Counted from the first letter of the stretch, positions 32,341 to 46,200 are shown. The stretch is 64,000 nucleotides of DNA from Pelagomonas calceolata (GCA_918797485.1 CAKKNE010000001.1:4154001-4218000), one strand, 5' to 3'. Numbers and translations are program-made. The notes: generated from the sequence alone by a model not told the origin.

Positions 32341-32943
32341 TGATGGCTAGTTTTGGGCTTTCCTCTGTGTCTTAACTGTACGGGGCGTGTGAGACGACCA
32401 ATGCTCGTGTATAGCGATCCCTTCGCGTCTCGCAATTGTATGTATTTACCAGTTAAACTTGCCCTTGCAAGTCAAGCACTGGACTCGAGGAGTACCCGCC
32501 CCGGGCTAGGTTCCTGCGGTTGCGTAGGTCAGTAGGTAGGTAGTTGCGTCTGCCTCGCGCTCGCGCTGAGCCTGAAAACCCGTCTCGACTTATGTATATA
32601 GGGTACCTAGGTATACTAGTAATTACTTTCATACCACGCTGAGTAAGCCAAGCAGGTCAGAAGGCTCTTTGCGATCTTTCCTAATTTTATTTGTTATTAT
32701 AAGTATGATCGACTTATGGAATCACATATGATATTATAATTTGCAACAAAGAATCATTACAAGTAGAAAGGGCATGGAAGGAACACGCGGGCAAGGAAAG
32801 GGAAATATAAGGCAAAGGGCGCCGCCGTCGCGGGCAGGGTGTCACAGACACAGGCGCGTAACACACCAACACGCGTGTACATATCACAGTGCGGACAGCT
32901 CTCGCACAGGACAGGGACAGGGACTCACACACAACCGAGTCTC

Positions 32944-35900
32944 TCACGCCGAACCCCGAAGGCGGCGGCGGCGGCGGTCGTCCGGGCACCACACCGTCTC
33001 GTACCGCGCCTTCCGCCCCTTCTTCTCGCACTTCGCTTCGTTCTTCCACCCGCCTCCTGACTTCGGTTTGAGGCTCCCGTCTCTTTGGTCGTGCACAAGG
33101 CACTTGCCCGGGGCGCCGTAGAGCTCGCAGGACAGCTCGAGTTGCGGACACCAGTGCGTCGTCCATCTAGTCTTCTCGCCCTGTTCATCGCACTCGCTCT
33201 CGGTGTTCCAGTTCCCGCTCTGCGGACCCATGATCTTCAATTCGCCACCGTCGAAGTTGTCGTAGCGGAAGCAGGCGTTCGAGAAGGGATGTTCCGCGTG
33301 AGATGTGCAGAGGTCGGCCGTCGGCACCGGCTCGGTGGGTCGTGGCGTCGGCGCGGGCACCGTCGGCTGAGGCGTCGGCGCCGGCGTCGTCGGCGCCGGG
33401 GTCGGCGCCTGCGACTCGGGCTCGGCGCAGATCTCCACGGAGTTCCAGACGGCGTCACCGTCGCCGTAGTCGACGTCCGCCCCGACGTACGTGTAAAGCG
33501 GTCCGGACGAGCCAATAGAGTCGGTGAGGCTGAGGTCGCCGCACGCGCCGGCGGTGTCGCGAAATGTGACCGTCGACTCATCGACCGTGATCTCGATGTC
33601 GTACGACTGCATCGTCGGGCAAGAGGTGTAAACGCTACTGGTCTGGCCATAGATGTAACGATAGTCACAATTCCAAACGAACGTGACAAACCCGGAGCGA
33701 GAGTACCAGGGGTAACTTGAATCAGAGCTCTGGGTGGAGACCTTGATATAGTGGTCCGAACAATAATTGGACTTGTCGAGCGAACCGCTAATGTCCAGAG
33801 GCGCCATGAGAGTATCCGTCGTGCGAATGTGCGCACCGTTTCCAGCGTTTTTACAAACCAACGTCCCGCCGCTGAGCGCGCACTCGCCGTCGCCGCCGGC
33901 GGGGTACGTCCACTGGGCGTCGAGGGTCGTTCCTTCGAACTCGTCCGACACACAGTTTCGCGTCGGTGCCGTCGTTGCCGTCGGCACGGGCGTCGGCCCG
34001 GGCGTGGGGCGCGGCGTCGGTGCTGGCGTCGGCCCGGGCGAAGGCGCGACCGTGGGACCGGGCGTGGGCCGCGGCGACGGCGCGGCCGTCGTCGGCGCTT
34101 GTGAGGGCTCCGGCGTCGTCGGCGCGATCGTCGTCGGTAGCGCGGTGGGCGACAGCGTCGGTTGGGCAGACGGCAGAGCCGTCGTAGGTGCCGCGGTAGG
34201 CGACGGAGTCGGCTGGGCCGACGGCAGCGACGTCGTGGGGGAGAACGTCGGCCCGTGCGTAGGAGCCGCAGTAGGCGCGCACGCGACGGTTGCCGTGGAG
34301 GACTGTGCGTAGGGCGAGACGTCGCCTTCGGCGTAGAGCGCCGCCACGCGCACCTCGACAATTGCGCCGCACGGAATGTTCTCGTCGCGGAGCACGAAGT
34401 ACCGCCGCCCGTCGTAGTGAGGAGCGATGGTAGCGCCGTCCGTCTCCGTCGCCAGTGTCCAGCCGTCCGTCGTCTCGGAAAGGCGTCTCGGAGCGGTCGG
34501 CGCGGGCAACGAAGCGGTCGGCACGGGCGCCGGCGCGGTCGGCGCCGGCGCCGGTGCGGGCTCCGTCGGTGCAAGCGTCGTCGACGCCTGGGTTGGCCGC
34601 GGCGTCGGCGAGGGCGCCGTGGGCGACTGAGCGGGTTGTGACGTGGGCGACTGGGCAGGCTGTGTCGTCGGCGACTGGACGGGCTGTGTCGTCGGCGAGG
34701 GCGAGGGCGCAGCGGACGGCCCCGCCGTCGGCCGCGGCGTCGGCGCGGAGGACGGCTCCGCCGTCGGCACGGCCGTCGTCGGTAGCGCGGTCGGCGATTG
34801 CGTCGGCGCGTTCAGCACGCTCCACTCGATCTTGAACTTCGTCGAATCCGGCGCGTCGGCGGTAAAGTGCACGAGCACCGTGTTCTGGATCTCGCCCGGC
34901 GAAGCGAGATGCACCTGCCCGGGCGCTTCGTAGCCGCAGAAGCGCGAGGCACCGGATGTGGCCTCACACTCGGGGCGGCCCAGCCCAGCCTCGCACGTCG
35001 GGTGGCCGGCGTCGTCGAACGTGAGGCAGCCCGTGTCGCAGCCAACTTCCGCGCAGGTGGTCACATACGGCGCCGTGAAGCACGTCTTCTCGCCGGCCCC
35101 GTAGTCGCCGCCGCTCGCGACGACGGCGCCATCAAGCTCGAGCTGATATGAACCTTCGCCCTCATAACAGCAGATGCCGTCGCCGTACAAGTCCGTGATG
35201 TCGAAGCAGTACTCCTGGCCCGCGCAGATCTGCTCCGACAAAACCGTCTTGTACTCGAAATTTGGCGTGTCATACGGGTACTCGCCGCTGTCGAGCGAGG
35301 CGTCGTGGCAGTCCGGCCCGGGGTGCTCGTGCTTGAGCGTCCAGGCGATCTCGTTTGGGTACCTGTGCGGACGACGACGGGTGAGTGGCGCGGAACGACG
35401 CGGCGAGGCCTAGAGGTTGCCTTCAGACGCTGAGTCAGTACCAGTCGGTGACGACCGTAAGCTCGAGCTTCTGGTCGCAGACGCAGGAGGCCGTTGGGGC
35501 CAGCGACATCGTTGGCTTGAACGTTGGCATGGCCGTGGTCGGCGCGAGCGAGACGGTCGGCTGCATAGTCGGCGCGCCGTTCGCGCATTGCGCCACGAAG
35601 GCGCCCGCGTCGGCCATACCCGCGCCCAGGTCCGCCGTCAACGGACCCGCGGTGTCGTAGAGCATGTCGAGGACGTCCTGTCTGCCGAGGCCCGGATTCG
35701 CGCTCAGGCAGAGGGCCAGGATGCCCGCAACGTGCGGGCAGGCCATCGACGTGCCGTCGTACCAGTCGTAGCCGCCCACGACCGTCGAGTAGATGCTCAT
35801 CCCCGGCGCCGAGATGTCGATCCAGTCGCCGTAGTTCGAAAAGTAGGCGCGGTTCCCGCTGTTGTCCGTTGCTGCGACTGCGATTGTCTTATCGTAGTAG

Positions 35901-37060
35901 GCCGGGTAGTAGTCCGCGTTGCTGTTGTCGTTGCCCGCGGCGAAGACCACGGCGCCCTCGATGCCCTGGCCGCCGTCGTCTTCAGAGTCGGTATAGTAGT
36001 CAATCGCGTCGAGAACGCTCTGTTCGAAGTCGCCCGGGTATATGTAGCCCCAGCTGTTCGACGACACGCGGGCGCCGTTATCGGCGCCGTAGACCAATGC
36101 TTCTGCGAAGCCGTCCGTCCAGGTCGCGCCAAAGACCACAGAGACCATGAGCTTGACGCCCGAGTCCTCGGTGCCGTCGCCGCCCGCGACGCCCGCGCCG
36201 CCGATGCCGTTGTTATTGTCCGCCGCGATCGTCCCACCGCAATGCGAGCCGTGCGAGCCGGCGCCGAGGTAGTTGCCACTCGACGCGTCTCCAGCGGAAT
36301 CTTCGGCGTGGTTGTAGCCGTGGCAGTCGTCAACGAAGCCATTTCCGTCGTTATCGACGCCGTCGTTGCAGTTGTCCGGCCACTCGGTCTCGCCCGTCGT
36401 GGGGTGCGGCTGCGTGTTTTTCCAGATGTTCATCTGTAAATCTTCGTGGTCCAGGTCGAGGCCCGTATCGATGACCTGCACGACGATCTCCGAATTCCCC
36501 ATGGTCGTGTCCCAGGCCGTTGCCAAATTGACGGCGTCGTAATGTCCAGATTGGTACTGGTAGTACGGGTCATCGGTCGCCCTCGACGAGTTCGACGAGT
36601 TGTACTGGAGGTGCACGAGGGCCGGCTCGATGAGCTGGACGCCCTCGTGGTCTTCGTCGGAGCGGTCGAGGTAGGCATGCAGCTTGGCCGCGGCCTTCGT
36701 CGACGCGGCCGCGCGATCCTGCGCGCCGTCGGCGCACTTGACCGAGTACCAGAGGTCGAGGCCCTTCGCGACGTGCTTCGCCTCGTGGATGCCGGCGTGG
36801 CGGAAAGTTCTCTCTGCCTTCGAGCACTCGATCAAATCGGCGACGCGGTGCGCGAGCGCATCGGCGCCGCCCTTTTTCGCGGCCGCCGCGTCGAGCTTGA
36901 ACGAGAGCGCGCCGGTGAGCGCTTCAGCTTCCGCCTTCTCGTGGACGCGCGTCAGGTCGACCGTGTCGCGGAGGCGGCGGCGTGCTGGCTGCTCCCCATC
37001 TGTGGCAGCGAGCGCGAGGCTCGCCGCGAGCGCGAGGATCGTTGTTGTTTTGGTGTGCAT
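32944..37060 (-). CDS. Secreted subtilisin (peptidase S8) with PT-repeat stalks and accessory Cys-rich domains, 2 exons: 37060-35442, 35362-32944 (~1345 aa)
   Basis: Signal peptide. Catalytic motifs VIDTG, HGSHCGG, AAGN, GTSMACPHVAG. Removing intron 35363-35441 gives TDWYPNEIAWTL in frame with the downstream ORF. Confidence 0.9.
35363..35441 (-). other. GT-AG intron (79 bp) in the subtilisin gene
   Basis: TG|GTACTGA ... CCGCACAG|GTAC. Removes in-frame stops; GTAC is repeated at both junctions. Confidence 0.85.
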
Positions 37061-37451
37061 GTACTATGTGGTAGCTTATGAGTGTGTTTTGGTAGCTTGC
37101 GTGTGCGTTTGCGGCTGCCCAAGGCTTGCAACAATATTTTTGAGCTGGGCTGTGCTCTCACAACAAATATTTCAGGCGGGGTCAGAACGAACGGGTTCGT
37201 GCCGGGAAATTGCCGCGCGCAGGGCGTGTTGACGGCCGAGGAGAGCCCTGGGATCGGTAAATAGCTCTTTAAGGACATTCACGAGAGATCCTGACCGTGC
37301 GGGAAGGACTTGTCCCTCGCCCTGCGAGCGCGGCGTTGGTCTCCCGAGCGATAGTGTAGTACTACTATGGTAAACTTGATATTACAACTTGACTCTACAA
37401 CTTGGCTTGGATCAGAAAAGGGAAACGGGGAAGGAAGGAAATAAATGCAAA

Positions 37452-40400
37452 TCATGCGGCCCGGGCGCCGCACTGGCTGCAGAACTGGCCCCGCAGCGGT
37501 GCGCCGCACTGGCTGCAGAAACAGGGCGGCGGCGGCGGCATCGCGGAAACGGGGGCCTCGCGAGCCTCCTCGAGGTCGACCTCCGCGACGTCGACCTCCT
37601 TCGTTTCCTCGTCGGCCGGCAGGGCCTTCGGCGTCGGGAGCCGTGTGCTCCATTCCGCTTCGAGTTTCTCCGCGCGCGTCGGCGTGAGGACCCGCGGCAT
37701 TTTGTTACGCCTGTAGTAGTAGATACCGCCACCGCCGCACAGTACGAGGACCACGGCGCAGACCGCGATGGCAATGATCATGACGCCGCCGCCCGCGTTA
37801 TTCGCCGAACCGCCGCCCGACGAGCCGCCCGCTGGCTCGGGCGTGGGCCGCGGCGTCGGTCTCGGCGCGGCGGTCGGGGCGTCGGTCGCGGCGACGACGG
37901 TGGACGTCAGTGATGTGGTGGCGACGGCCGCGAACACGGCCTCCGCGTTCTCGTCCTTCGCGGCGTCGACGATCGCCTCATCGACCTCCGTGGGACTGGC
38001 ACTCGCGAGGTTGGCGGCTGCATCCTCCGACGCCTCGTGGTCCGTCAACTCGATTTTGTAGTCGACGACGACGCCGGCCTGAAGCCGGCGGCGCCGCGCC
38101 GACGCCGACGCCACGCCCAGGATCGTTACTGCGCTCTTCGACACGCCCGCGACGTCGGCGATGGCGCCCCGGAGAACGGCCTTGGATTCTTCTCCGCTGG
38201 CGTCGGCGACCGAGATGCCGGACAGCGTGAGGGAACCGGCGACGACCGGAGCTTCTGTCGGTGCGAGCGTTGGTCCCGGCGTCGGGGTCGGCGTCGGCGC
38301 ACGCGTCGGCGTCGGCGTCGGCCGCGGCGTCGGCGCGTGCGTGGGCTGCGGCGTCGGCTTCGTCGTCGGGGCCGAAGTCGGCGCCTTGGTCGGCGGGACC
38401 CACTTGCGCTTCTCAATCGACGACACGAAGACGTCCATCGAGACCTCGGCCGTCGCGTCGCACGCGTCTCTATCTACGGGCTCCGAGGCCTTGTCGGCGT
38501 CCCACGTGCCGACCGTGAACCCGTTGCCCAGCCCCGCACCGGTCATGGCCATCGTCGCCTCGCTCTGCGCGATCTGGAGGCCCGAGCCCCAGTCGTCGAT
38601 GGCCAGACCCATGGCCAACTCCGAAGATACGGCCTTGCTACCGAGCATGCCGCGCTTGTCCAGGTCCATGTCCATGAACAGGCAGACGCGGTCGCCCGCT
38701 TCGATATCGTTCGCGCCAAGGGTGCCGCCGAAAGTGAAGAGCGAGTCGCCTCCCGTCGACAGGTCGATCGAGCACGCCCCATCGACGCCGCCGCCGTCAC
38801 GTTTGTCCCACGAGCCCGAGGCCTCCAGGCTCATGATATTGTCGCCGCCATTGCTGAGGGCGGCGCTCAGTTCCATTGGGTCAGTCGAGACTGCGCCCTC
38901 GTAGGCGAGGTCGAGAGCCTTCTCGTCGCCCAGCGTGACGACGAGCGTGCCGGCGCCGTCGCCGCTCAAACTGCCGAGTTCGACCTTGCCGTCGAGCGTC
39001 CCGTCGATGGCGAAAATCGCGGCGTTGTCGTTGGCGAGGCTCAGCTTCAGGACCCAGTCGTCCTCCCAGCGCGCCGAGGCGTGGGCGGTCGCGTCGACGG
39101 CCTTCTCCTCGGCGAGGGTCAATTCCAGAGTCGTCTCGCCGAGCAGCAGCGCATCGTCGCTCTCGCCGTGTGCCGTCATCTGCGCGCTGACGAGCCCCTT
39201 GTTCTGGTTCTCCACGGTGAAAGCGAGAGCGACGTCGTCCCCTCCGGAGAACCGCGCGCTCCCCGTGACGCGGCCGTCCAGCAGCTCCTCTTCGGCGATG
39301 GCGACCATGAGCGACGTCTCTCCCTGCAAGCCGTCCGCGTCATCGCCGCGCGCCGTCATCTTCATGCGGAAGAGCTCCTCGTTCTGATTTAGCAGATGCG
39401 TCGTGAGCTGGAAGTCGTCCTCGTGGCGCCAGGACCAGTCCGCGCTCGCTTCCGCGTGGGCGTCGAAGAGCTCCTCGTCGGAGACGGACATCTGCAGCGT
39501 GGTCTTGCCGTAGAGCCGGTCGTCCGTGTCGCCCTCCGCGCCCAGCGCCATCGAGAAGACCTCTTCGTTCTTGTTGTGGAGTGAGGCAGAAAGTGACACG
39601 AGGTCGTCGACGGACAGTTCGCCCTCTAGGAGCGCGTCCACCAACTCGTCGCCGTCGACGCTGATCGAGAGGCCCGTCTTGCCCGACAGACCATCATCAT
39701 TGTCGCCGGACGCCGTCATTTCCAACGCGAACCGCTCCAGATGGGCGTCCTTGAAGCTCATACCGACAACGATTTCCTCATCCCAGTCGAAGCTACCGCT
39801 GACCTCGTAGTCCTTCGCGTCGCCGTCGAGTCGGACCGTCACGTCGGTGGAGCCCTCTACTTTCCCGTCGACCTCGCCGTGCAGTGCCAGGTCGAGTCCG
39901 AACCGCTCGACGGCGCCCTCCATCAGCGAGAACGCGACCGTCGCGTCACCGCCCTCCGAGGCCTCCTGCCACTCGACGCTGCCGCTCATGGAGCCGTCGA
40001 AGGTGTCTTCGCCGCCCAAGCGCAGGACTACGCCCGACGACCCGGAGACTTCCCCGTCCTCGACGTCGCCCTGGCCGTCCAGGTGCGTGTAGAGGCGCTC
40101 GTCGCCGTCGAGCCTGACCGTCCAGACCAACTGGCCCGACCGGGAATCGTGTTGGTCCAGCTCGAACGCCGTGTCGAACAGCTCCGCCCCGTCGTTGGTC
40201 AGCGTCGTCGACAGCTCGAAGTCGTGCGCGGAGTCACCACCCCACTTCACCGCTCCCGCGGCCGCGGCGTCGACGACCTCGTCGCCCGCGATCCTCACGA
40301 CGAGCGCCGAGGCGCCGCTCAAACCCGCGTCGGCGTCGCCGTCGAGCGTCATGTCCGTGTGGAATCGCTCTTCGTCGCTCTCCGTGATCGTGAGTTTCAC

Positions 40401-42677
40401 CTCGAGGTCATGATCCGACTTGTCCCCCCACTTGGCCCTACCGTCAAAGCCGCCGTCGACGAGCTTCTCGCCGTTGATCCGCATCTGGAGCGCCGCCGCG
40501 CCACGAATCCGCTGATCCAACCCAGATAACTCGTCCAGCGTCAAGGCCGTGTGGAACTTCTCCGCGTCGTCAGACGTGACCGTCAGCGCGCCTTCCCAGA
40601 CGTAGTCGTGGTCCCATTTCGAGCTTCCCCCAACGCTGCCGTCCAGGACCTTCTCACCGTCGACGCGGACGTACAGCGACGCCGTGGCGCTGTCCTCGTT
40701 TCCGTCTTTGTCCCTGTCCCAATCCAGCACCGTCTTCTTGTAGAACCGCTCGTTCCCGTCGGCGATAACCGTCATGGCCGCCTCGACGTCATGATCCGAA
40801 TTGTCCCCCCACTTGGCGCTGCCGCCGACGCCGCCGTCCAGGACCTTGTCTCCATCAACGCGGACGTAGAGCGACGCGGTGCCACTCAGGCCGTCCGCGT
40901 CGTCGCCGTTCAGCGCCGTCGCGACGTGGAAGCGCTCGGTGCCATCGTCCGTCTTGACGTACAGGGCGACCGTCACGTCGTCGACACCGTCGTGCTCCGC
41001 GCCGGACCAGTCGATCTCTCCGTTAAGAGTGGTCTGAAACTGCTGCTCGCCGTTGACGCGCGCCATCATCGACGTCGTGCCGAACAAGCCCTGGTTGACC
41101 TCGCCATCGCCAGCCAACGCGAGGTGGAACGCCTCCTGGTCGTCGTCCGTGGCCGTGAGCGAGGCCGTGAAGGCATTGCCGGACCAATCCACCTCGCCCG
41201 CCAGGGCGCCGTCGAAGAGCTCGTCGTCGCCGAGCTCGAAGCTGAGGGCGGCGCGCGCCGTGGCTCCGTCATGCGGTAAACCAGCGTCGAGCGTCCCGAC
41301 GAGGTCGAACAGGGCGTCGCCGCCGTCTTCGCCGAGCACCACGCGGAGCTTGACGTCCTCCCCCTCGCCGACGGCCGCGGAGGCCTCGAAGGCGTACGCC
41401 TTCTCGTCGAGGTCTATGGCTGCCGTAAGGGCCGTGTGCGAGGCCTCGACCGCCGCGCCGAACGACCTAGTGGTCTTCCCGTCGTCCAAGTTGACGACGT
41501 CGCCCGAGACGCACAGCGGACCGGGCTTGGCGAAGCAGCCCGTGGCCTCGTAGGTCCCGTCCCAGGTCACGGTGTAGCAGGTCCGCGCCGCGGCGCCGCA
41601 CGCGTCCTCGTAGGCCGTGAGCTGGCGCGTACCGGCGAGGCGCCTTTGTTGGGGCTCGTCGTTCTCCCAGCGCAGCGCGACGACGTGGCGCGGGCCAATC
41701 AACGAACCGAAGAAGGTGTCCGGATCTTGCGCCGAGATCGCCAGAGAGACCTTGTGGTCCACGGCGGACTGCAGCGTCCCGAGGGCGACGGGACCGTAGC
41801 CGCTCGCCGAGAAGTCGAGGTCGAGCAGCGTCGGCTCGTGGGAGAAGTGGAGGTCGGCTCCATTAAATGCGACGACGCCCGTGTTGCCGCCGTCCGCCTC
41901 GACGTCGTAGGCGACGCGCGGCAGGTGGAGGTCGACGCTCGTCACGCCTTCGGGCAGCGCCGGCGTCGCCTCGAACGAGTGCCACTGGACGGACAGGGCG
42001 CCGTCGTCCTCAATGCGCAGCTCCAGAGACTCTTTCACTTTGCGAACGAGCCAGACCGCCGCGCTGATGGCCTTTTGAGGCGCGTCGAATTTCACTTTGA
42101 TCTCCTTGCGGAGGTCGCCCTTGTCGCGAGACCATTCCGCCTCGAGCGCCCGGAAGCGGAGAGATACTGGTAGTGCCCCATATAATTCAATGTCCACAGT
42201 CACGTCACATTTTGCATAGGCCGTCGCGACCTCCTCGGCCTTGGCGAGGCGCCGCGCGACGTCGAAGTCGATGTTCGAGGTCCTCAGTTGCAATTCGTGG
42301 CGCTTTTCATTCTCTCGTGCAGCAACGGGCCAGTCGCCGTCGGCATCAAGCGTCGCCGTCTTCACAGCGTCTTCGCCGTCGAAGCTCGTGTAAACGTCGC
42401 ACTTGGCGCTCGACACGCGGGCCTCGTGGAGGTATGACCGCGCCGGCGTCGGGTGGGCGCGCGCGTCGACAATTATGTCACGGCCGTCGAAAGAAATTTT
42501 GATGTGCGCGTCGTCGGCGCCGAAGCTCCGGAGCGGCAGCACGAGCAGCTCGACGAGCGAGAGGAGCACGAGGGCGACGAAGCAGCCCGCGATGAGGCAG
42601 ACTCTGTTACATTTGCGTTTTGGCTGCGATGCCGGTACCTCGACGTCGCAAACTTTTTTGCCCAATTCTGGGTCCAT
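37452..42677 (-). CDS. 1741-aa membrane protein with long acidic beta-strand repeats, PT linker, second TM and C-terminal zinc ribbon
   Basis: TM near aa 26-48, ~45-50-aa repeats (e.g. [29 protein letters not shown]..), PT repeats, [26 protein letters not shown] and CSQC-x8-CSQC tail. Confidence 0.88.
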   Translation of the reverse strand: MDPELGKKVCDVEVPASQPKRKCNRVCLIAGCFVALVLLSLVELLVLPLRSFGADDAHIKISFDGRDIIVDARAHPTPARSYLHEARVSSAKCDVYTSFDGEDAVKTATLDADGDWPVAARENEKRHELQLRTSNIDFDVARRLAKAEEVATAYAKCDVTVDIELYGALPVSLRFRALEAEWSRDKGDLRKEIKVKFDAPQKAISAAVWLVRKVKESLELRIEDDGALSVQWHSFEATPALPEGVTSVDLHLPRVAYDVEADGGNTGVVAFNGADLHFSHEPTLLDLDFSASGYGPVALGTLQSAVDHKVSLAISAQDPDTFFGSLIGPRHVVALRWENDEPQQRRLAGTRQLTAYEDACGAAARTCYTVTWDGTYEATGCFAKPGPLCVSGDVVNLDDGKTTRSFGAAVEASHTALTAAIDLDEKAYAFEASAAVGEGEDVKLRVVLGEDGGDALFDLVGTLDAGLPHDGATARAALSFELGDDELFDGALAGEVDWSGNAFTASLTATDDDQEAFHLALAGDGEVNQGLFGTTSMMARVNGEQQFQTTLNGEIDWSGAEHDGVDDVTVALYVKTDDGTERFHVATALNGDDADGLSGTASLYVRVDGDKVLDGGVGGSAKWGDNSDHDVEAAMTVIADGNERFYKKTVLDWDRDKDGNEDSATASLYVRVDGEKVLDGSVGGSSKWDHDYVWEGALTVTSDDAEKFHTALTLDELSGLDQRIRGAAALQMRINGEKLVDGGFDGRAKWGDKSDHDLEVKLTITESDEERFHTDMTLDGDADAGLSGASALVVRIAGDEVVDAAAAGAVKWGGDSAHDFELSTTLTNDGAELFDTAFELDQHDSRSGQLVWTVRLDGDERLYTHLDGQGDVEDGEVSGSSGVVLRLGGEDTFDGSMSGSVEWQEASEGGDATVAFSLMEGAVERFGLDLALHGEVDGKVEGSTDVTVRLDGDAKDYEVSGSFDWDEEIVVGMSFKDAHLERFALEMTASGDNDDGLSGKTGLSISVDGDELVDALLEGELSVDDLVSLSASLHNKNEEVFSMALGAEGDTDDRLYGKTTLQMSVSDEELFDAHAEASADWSWRHEDDFQLTTHLLNQNEELFRMKMTARGDDADGLQGETSLMVAIAEEELLDGRVTGSARFSGGDDVALAFTVENQNKGLVSAQMTAHGESDDALLLGETTLELTLAEEKAVDATAHASARWEDDWVLKLSLANDNAAIFAIDGTLDGKVELGSLSGDGAGTLVVTLGDEKALDLAYEGAVSTDPMELSAALSNGGDNIMSLEASGSWDKRDGGGVDGACSIDLSTGGDSLFTFGGTLGANDIEAGDRVCLFMDMDLDKRGMLGSKAVSSELAMGLAIDDWGSGLQIAQSEATMAMTGAGLGNGFTVGTWDADKASEPVDRDACDATAEVSMDVFVSSIEKRKWVPPTKAPTSAPTTKPTPQPTHAPTPRPTPTPTRAPTPTPTPGPTLAPTEAPVVAGSLTLSGISVADASGEESKAVLRGAIADVAGVSKSAVTILGVASASARRRRLQAGVVVDYKIELTDHEASEDAAANLASASPTEVDEAIVDAAKDENAEAVFAAVATTSLTSTVVAATDAPTAAPRPTPRPTPEPAGGSSGGGSANNAGGGVMIIAIAVCAVVLVLCGGGGIYYYRRNKMPRVLTPTRAEKLEAEWSTRLPTPKALPADEETKEVDVAEVDLEEAREAPVSAMPPPPPCFCSQCGAPLRGQFCSQCGARAA

Positions 42678-43233
42678 GTAGCAACTTCGCGCGCGCGTAG
42701 TTTTTGCAAAGCGCGTGCTGTCGGCGGTGGCCGGTAGTTGTTTTGGGCGTGCCGCGAGCGTTTGGGCTGCCTTTTGCGCAAGTTGCGATGCGTGCGGCAG
42801 CTTTTTGCAAGCTCGTGATTTTTACGCGAATTTGCTTCCGACCTCAGCCCGAACCTTTGGAGCTGAGTTTTTTTCGTCGCATCCTCTGTTTCGGACATCT
42901 CCCAGCTCGCACCGCATCCGCTAGGACGGCCGGATGACTCCTGCCGCGCGCCCTAGGATGCTGCCCAAACCTTGTGCGCGCTGCGCGCCGCGCGAGCCGC
43001 CCGGCCGTCGAACACAGATTAGGCAGCGTGCAGACGATCCTTTGTTCGACCAGTAATGAAGCCACGGCTGCCCACATCGCATCAATACTGATGCCACAGC
43101 GCTAGGCAAAAGTTGGCCACACACCACAGCCAGACAAACCTGTCTGGGGCAGCTCCACAGACCGACGCCGCGCCGCGAGGCAGCCTCACTAGACCAGGCG
43201 CCGCCCCCACGAGGTCGCCTTAGTGACTAGACC

Positions 43234-46200
43234 ATGTCCAAGTGGGCGTCGCGGTGGCCCGGCGAATACGCCTTCAAGGATGGCCCGTCGCGCCGCGGGC
43301 CGGACCGGCAGCACAAGTCCACCATTAAGCCCACCGTGGCGCTCGTCGATCACAAAGCTGATGATGTGGAAAAGAGGTACCGCGAGATCCGGCTGCGCCA
43401 GAAGGAGATCGAGCGGAAGCGGAGGCGTTCGTTCGTGATGGAAGCTCAGGCGCCGCCGCGCCCGCCGTCGCCTGCTAAGCCGCGACTACCGCCCGGTCAT
43501 GGTCGCGAGCCGCAGCGCGTCCAGCGGATGCGAAAGCTCTTCAATTCTGCGATCGATGACGCGGTGTCCCTCTGCCTCAGACGATGCGTCTCGCGTTTAG
43601 AAAGGAGGGAAGAGCGTCGGATTTGGCGCGCGAAAGTAGCTGCTGGCCGGTTTCTGCCGCCGGTGCCGGCCTCGTCGCGAGCCGTCGCCGATGCTCTCCA
43701 CGACCTGTTAGACCCCGGGAAAAAGGAAGAGGCTGAAAAAGCTCGTAAGGAAATCGAACGCCTGGCCCGGCAACGGGAAGAAAGAGCGGCGAGGCTGGTC
43801 GAGTTCGACGCCGCCAAGGAAGATGCCGCCGACGCATCACACATGGTACAAAAAGCGCGGCACGCCGCGCGCGAGCTCGAGGCGGAATATCATCACGCGC
43901 GCGATCGCGCTGCCGAAAATGAGGCGCTCCAGGAGGCGGCCCAGGCAGCAAAGAAGGCCTTGGACGAGGCGAATCACGAGGTGACTGAATTACTTCACCA
44001 CCAACGGGAACAGGAACATATCATGGCGAAGGCTGCGCAGGCTCTGGAGCGGACCGGCGTGTCCGTCTTCCATCTCGAGCATGACCGCGAAGAGCAGAAG
44101 AAGGTAGACGAGGGCGACGAGCATGCGAAGGCGCACCAGCGCAAGACGCGGCTCAAGGCAAAGTTTAGGAAGGCTGGAGGCATGGCCGGTTTGTTAAAGA
44201 CGTCGACGCACGCCCTGGCCGAGGGTGGCAAGGGTCTGATTAAAAAGAAGTCGTACCTCGCGGAGACGATGTTCGACGCGTTGAGCGGCGACGAGCGCGC
44301 GTGGGTTGGGGCTTCGTTGCGACTGGCGGACTGTCTCGAAGATGTCGACATTCGGGCCTTGCCTTGCGTGAGCCCGGCCTGTGGGAGGTTTGCGGGCCCA
44401 CACATGGAGCGGTCCCGGGCGGCCTTGGCCATGCAGAAGGCCCGGCGTGCCGCGCTGGACCGGCGCACGTATTGGGCCCGGGTTAAAGACTCGCGGGCGA
44501 CGAAGGCGATCCAAAAAGCATCTCGAACCATAAAAGGAATGCGCGACACGTACGCCCTGGGGGCTGCCTCGCAGCTCTTCAAGCTCGCCTCCGAGGAATT
44601 GGGGCCCTCGGTCGCGGCGTTCCTCGGCGAGTTCTGCCGCCTACCCTTGCAGAAGTTTGCGGCGCTGGAGCCGTGCGGCGCGTTCGGCGATCGGCCGCGC
44701 GCCGAGGCTATCGCTGCGGCGCTGTCTAGCCTCTCCTTCTCGGAAGATCTGGCGTGTCTGCTGACGCCGTTCCTCGTGGACACGATCGTGCGCACGGCGC
44801 CGATGCCGAAACATAGACACCGGGAGGCGCCGCTGTCGCCCGATGCGTCGGTGTGTTCGACGCTGTCGCCGCTGGCGCGCTTCGCGGCGGCGCCGAAGTC
44901 GCCTCCAACCTCGCCAGTTCAGAAGCGCCCGCCCTCGGCCAAGCCGCCGGCGCGGCCGCCGCCGCCCAACAAAACGCCGACGGAACGGCGCGTCTACTTT
45001 CCCGACGACCAATCCGCGGACGCCGACTCGCTCACCGTCGACGAGATTACCGTCGCCTCGGTCGCCGAGACGTTGAACACCGAGGACGCGTCCGACGACG
45101 AGGAGCTCGACGAGGACGCGTGCGTCGCGACGGCCCAGACGCTCGACGCGCTGGGCTACGCGGTCGCGCGGTCGCGGGCCTGCCACCCCCCGTTCCTGCG
45201 GGCGTCGAACCGGCGGCTCTTCTCCGTAGCGTTCCGCTGCCCCGACCCGGGCGTGCGGCGGAGCGCGGCGGCGTGTGCTTGTGCGTTTTTCGGCGTCTCA
45301 GTTCCTTCCTTGATCTCGACGCCATCGCCGCGACTCTGTTTGCTCGATGGCGTGGAGTTCCATTTGCGTCGCCCGGAGAGAGAAACGTAGCCGCCTCGAC
45401 GCCATCGACGCGACTCGCCATTCGAGCATGGCATGGAAGTTGTGCCATTTGCGTCGCCGCCCTCGTGCGACGTGGTCAACGCGATGCCCATGCGCAGGCG
45501 CCATCATGACGAACCTCGACCGGCTCCGGCGGGCTCCCAATGAGTTAAACGACGCCGCGTCGGCCTCGAGCCAGGCCCTGGCCCACGAGGCCGTCGCGCA
45601 CGGGTTGCCCGCGCTGATCAAGGCGATGACGCGGAATGTCGACGGCGACTTCGTGGAGTCTGGTTTAGACGTGCTGAGCGCCACGTGCGTGGATTTGGAG
45701 GCGCCGCGGTTCCACGCGGCGTACCGAGCCGGCGCGCCGCGCTACGTGCAAGCTTTATTATTGAGGTTGGCGTTGGACCAGTACCTCTGCGGGCCGAACA
45801 CGCCGGACACGAAGCGCGACCGCATGGCGCGCAAGGCCGGTTCTGTACTGTGCTCGCTCTACACGGACGCGAGGTGTCGGAGGAACGCGGTCGAGGAAGA
45901 CGCGCACATCGTCTGCTCGGCGGCGCTGATGGCGTGCCAGGGCTGGATCTTCGGGCAGCAGCTCGGTTGTATTCTCGCGGGGACCATGGCCGAGCAATAT
46001 GACATCCAGCGGTCGCTGGCGCCGCTGATACCGGTGCTCGCGAAGTTGATGGGCGAGGTGCAAGCCGCGCCGGAGGTGAACCTCGCCGCGAAGATCGCCT
46101 TGCGAACGTGCACTTATACGGATGAGAACTGGTCCAAAGAGCGGAAGGCGCCGGCCTGGTTCCTGGCGTCCAAGCTCGACGACGCCGGGTTGGTGGGAAC

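Noticed and set aside
33960..34810. Repetitive GC-rich DNA as a satellite or mobile element
   Set aside because: It encodes the PT/PS-rich stalks of the subtilisin. Likewise 61000-62300 encodes the PAK-rich protein region.
35435..35437. TGA ending the subtilisin ORF as a second possible Sec codon
   Set aside because: It lies inside a GT-AG intron whose removal gives a sensible TDWYPNE motif. A further stop follows and there is no redox-motif context.
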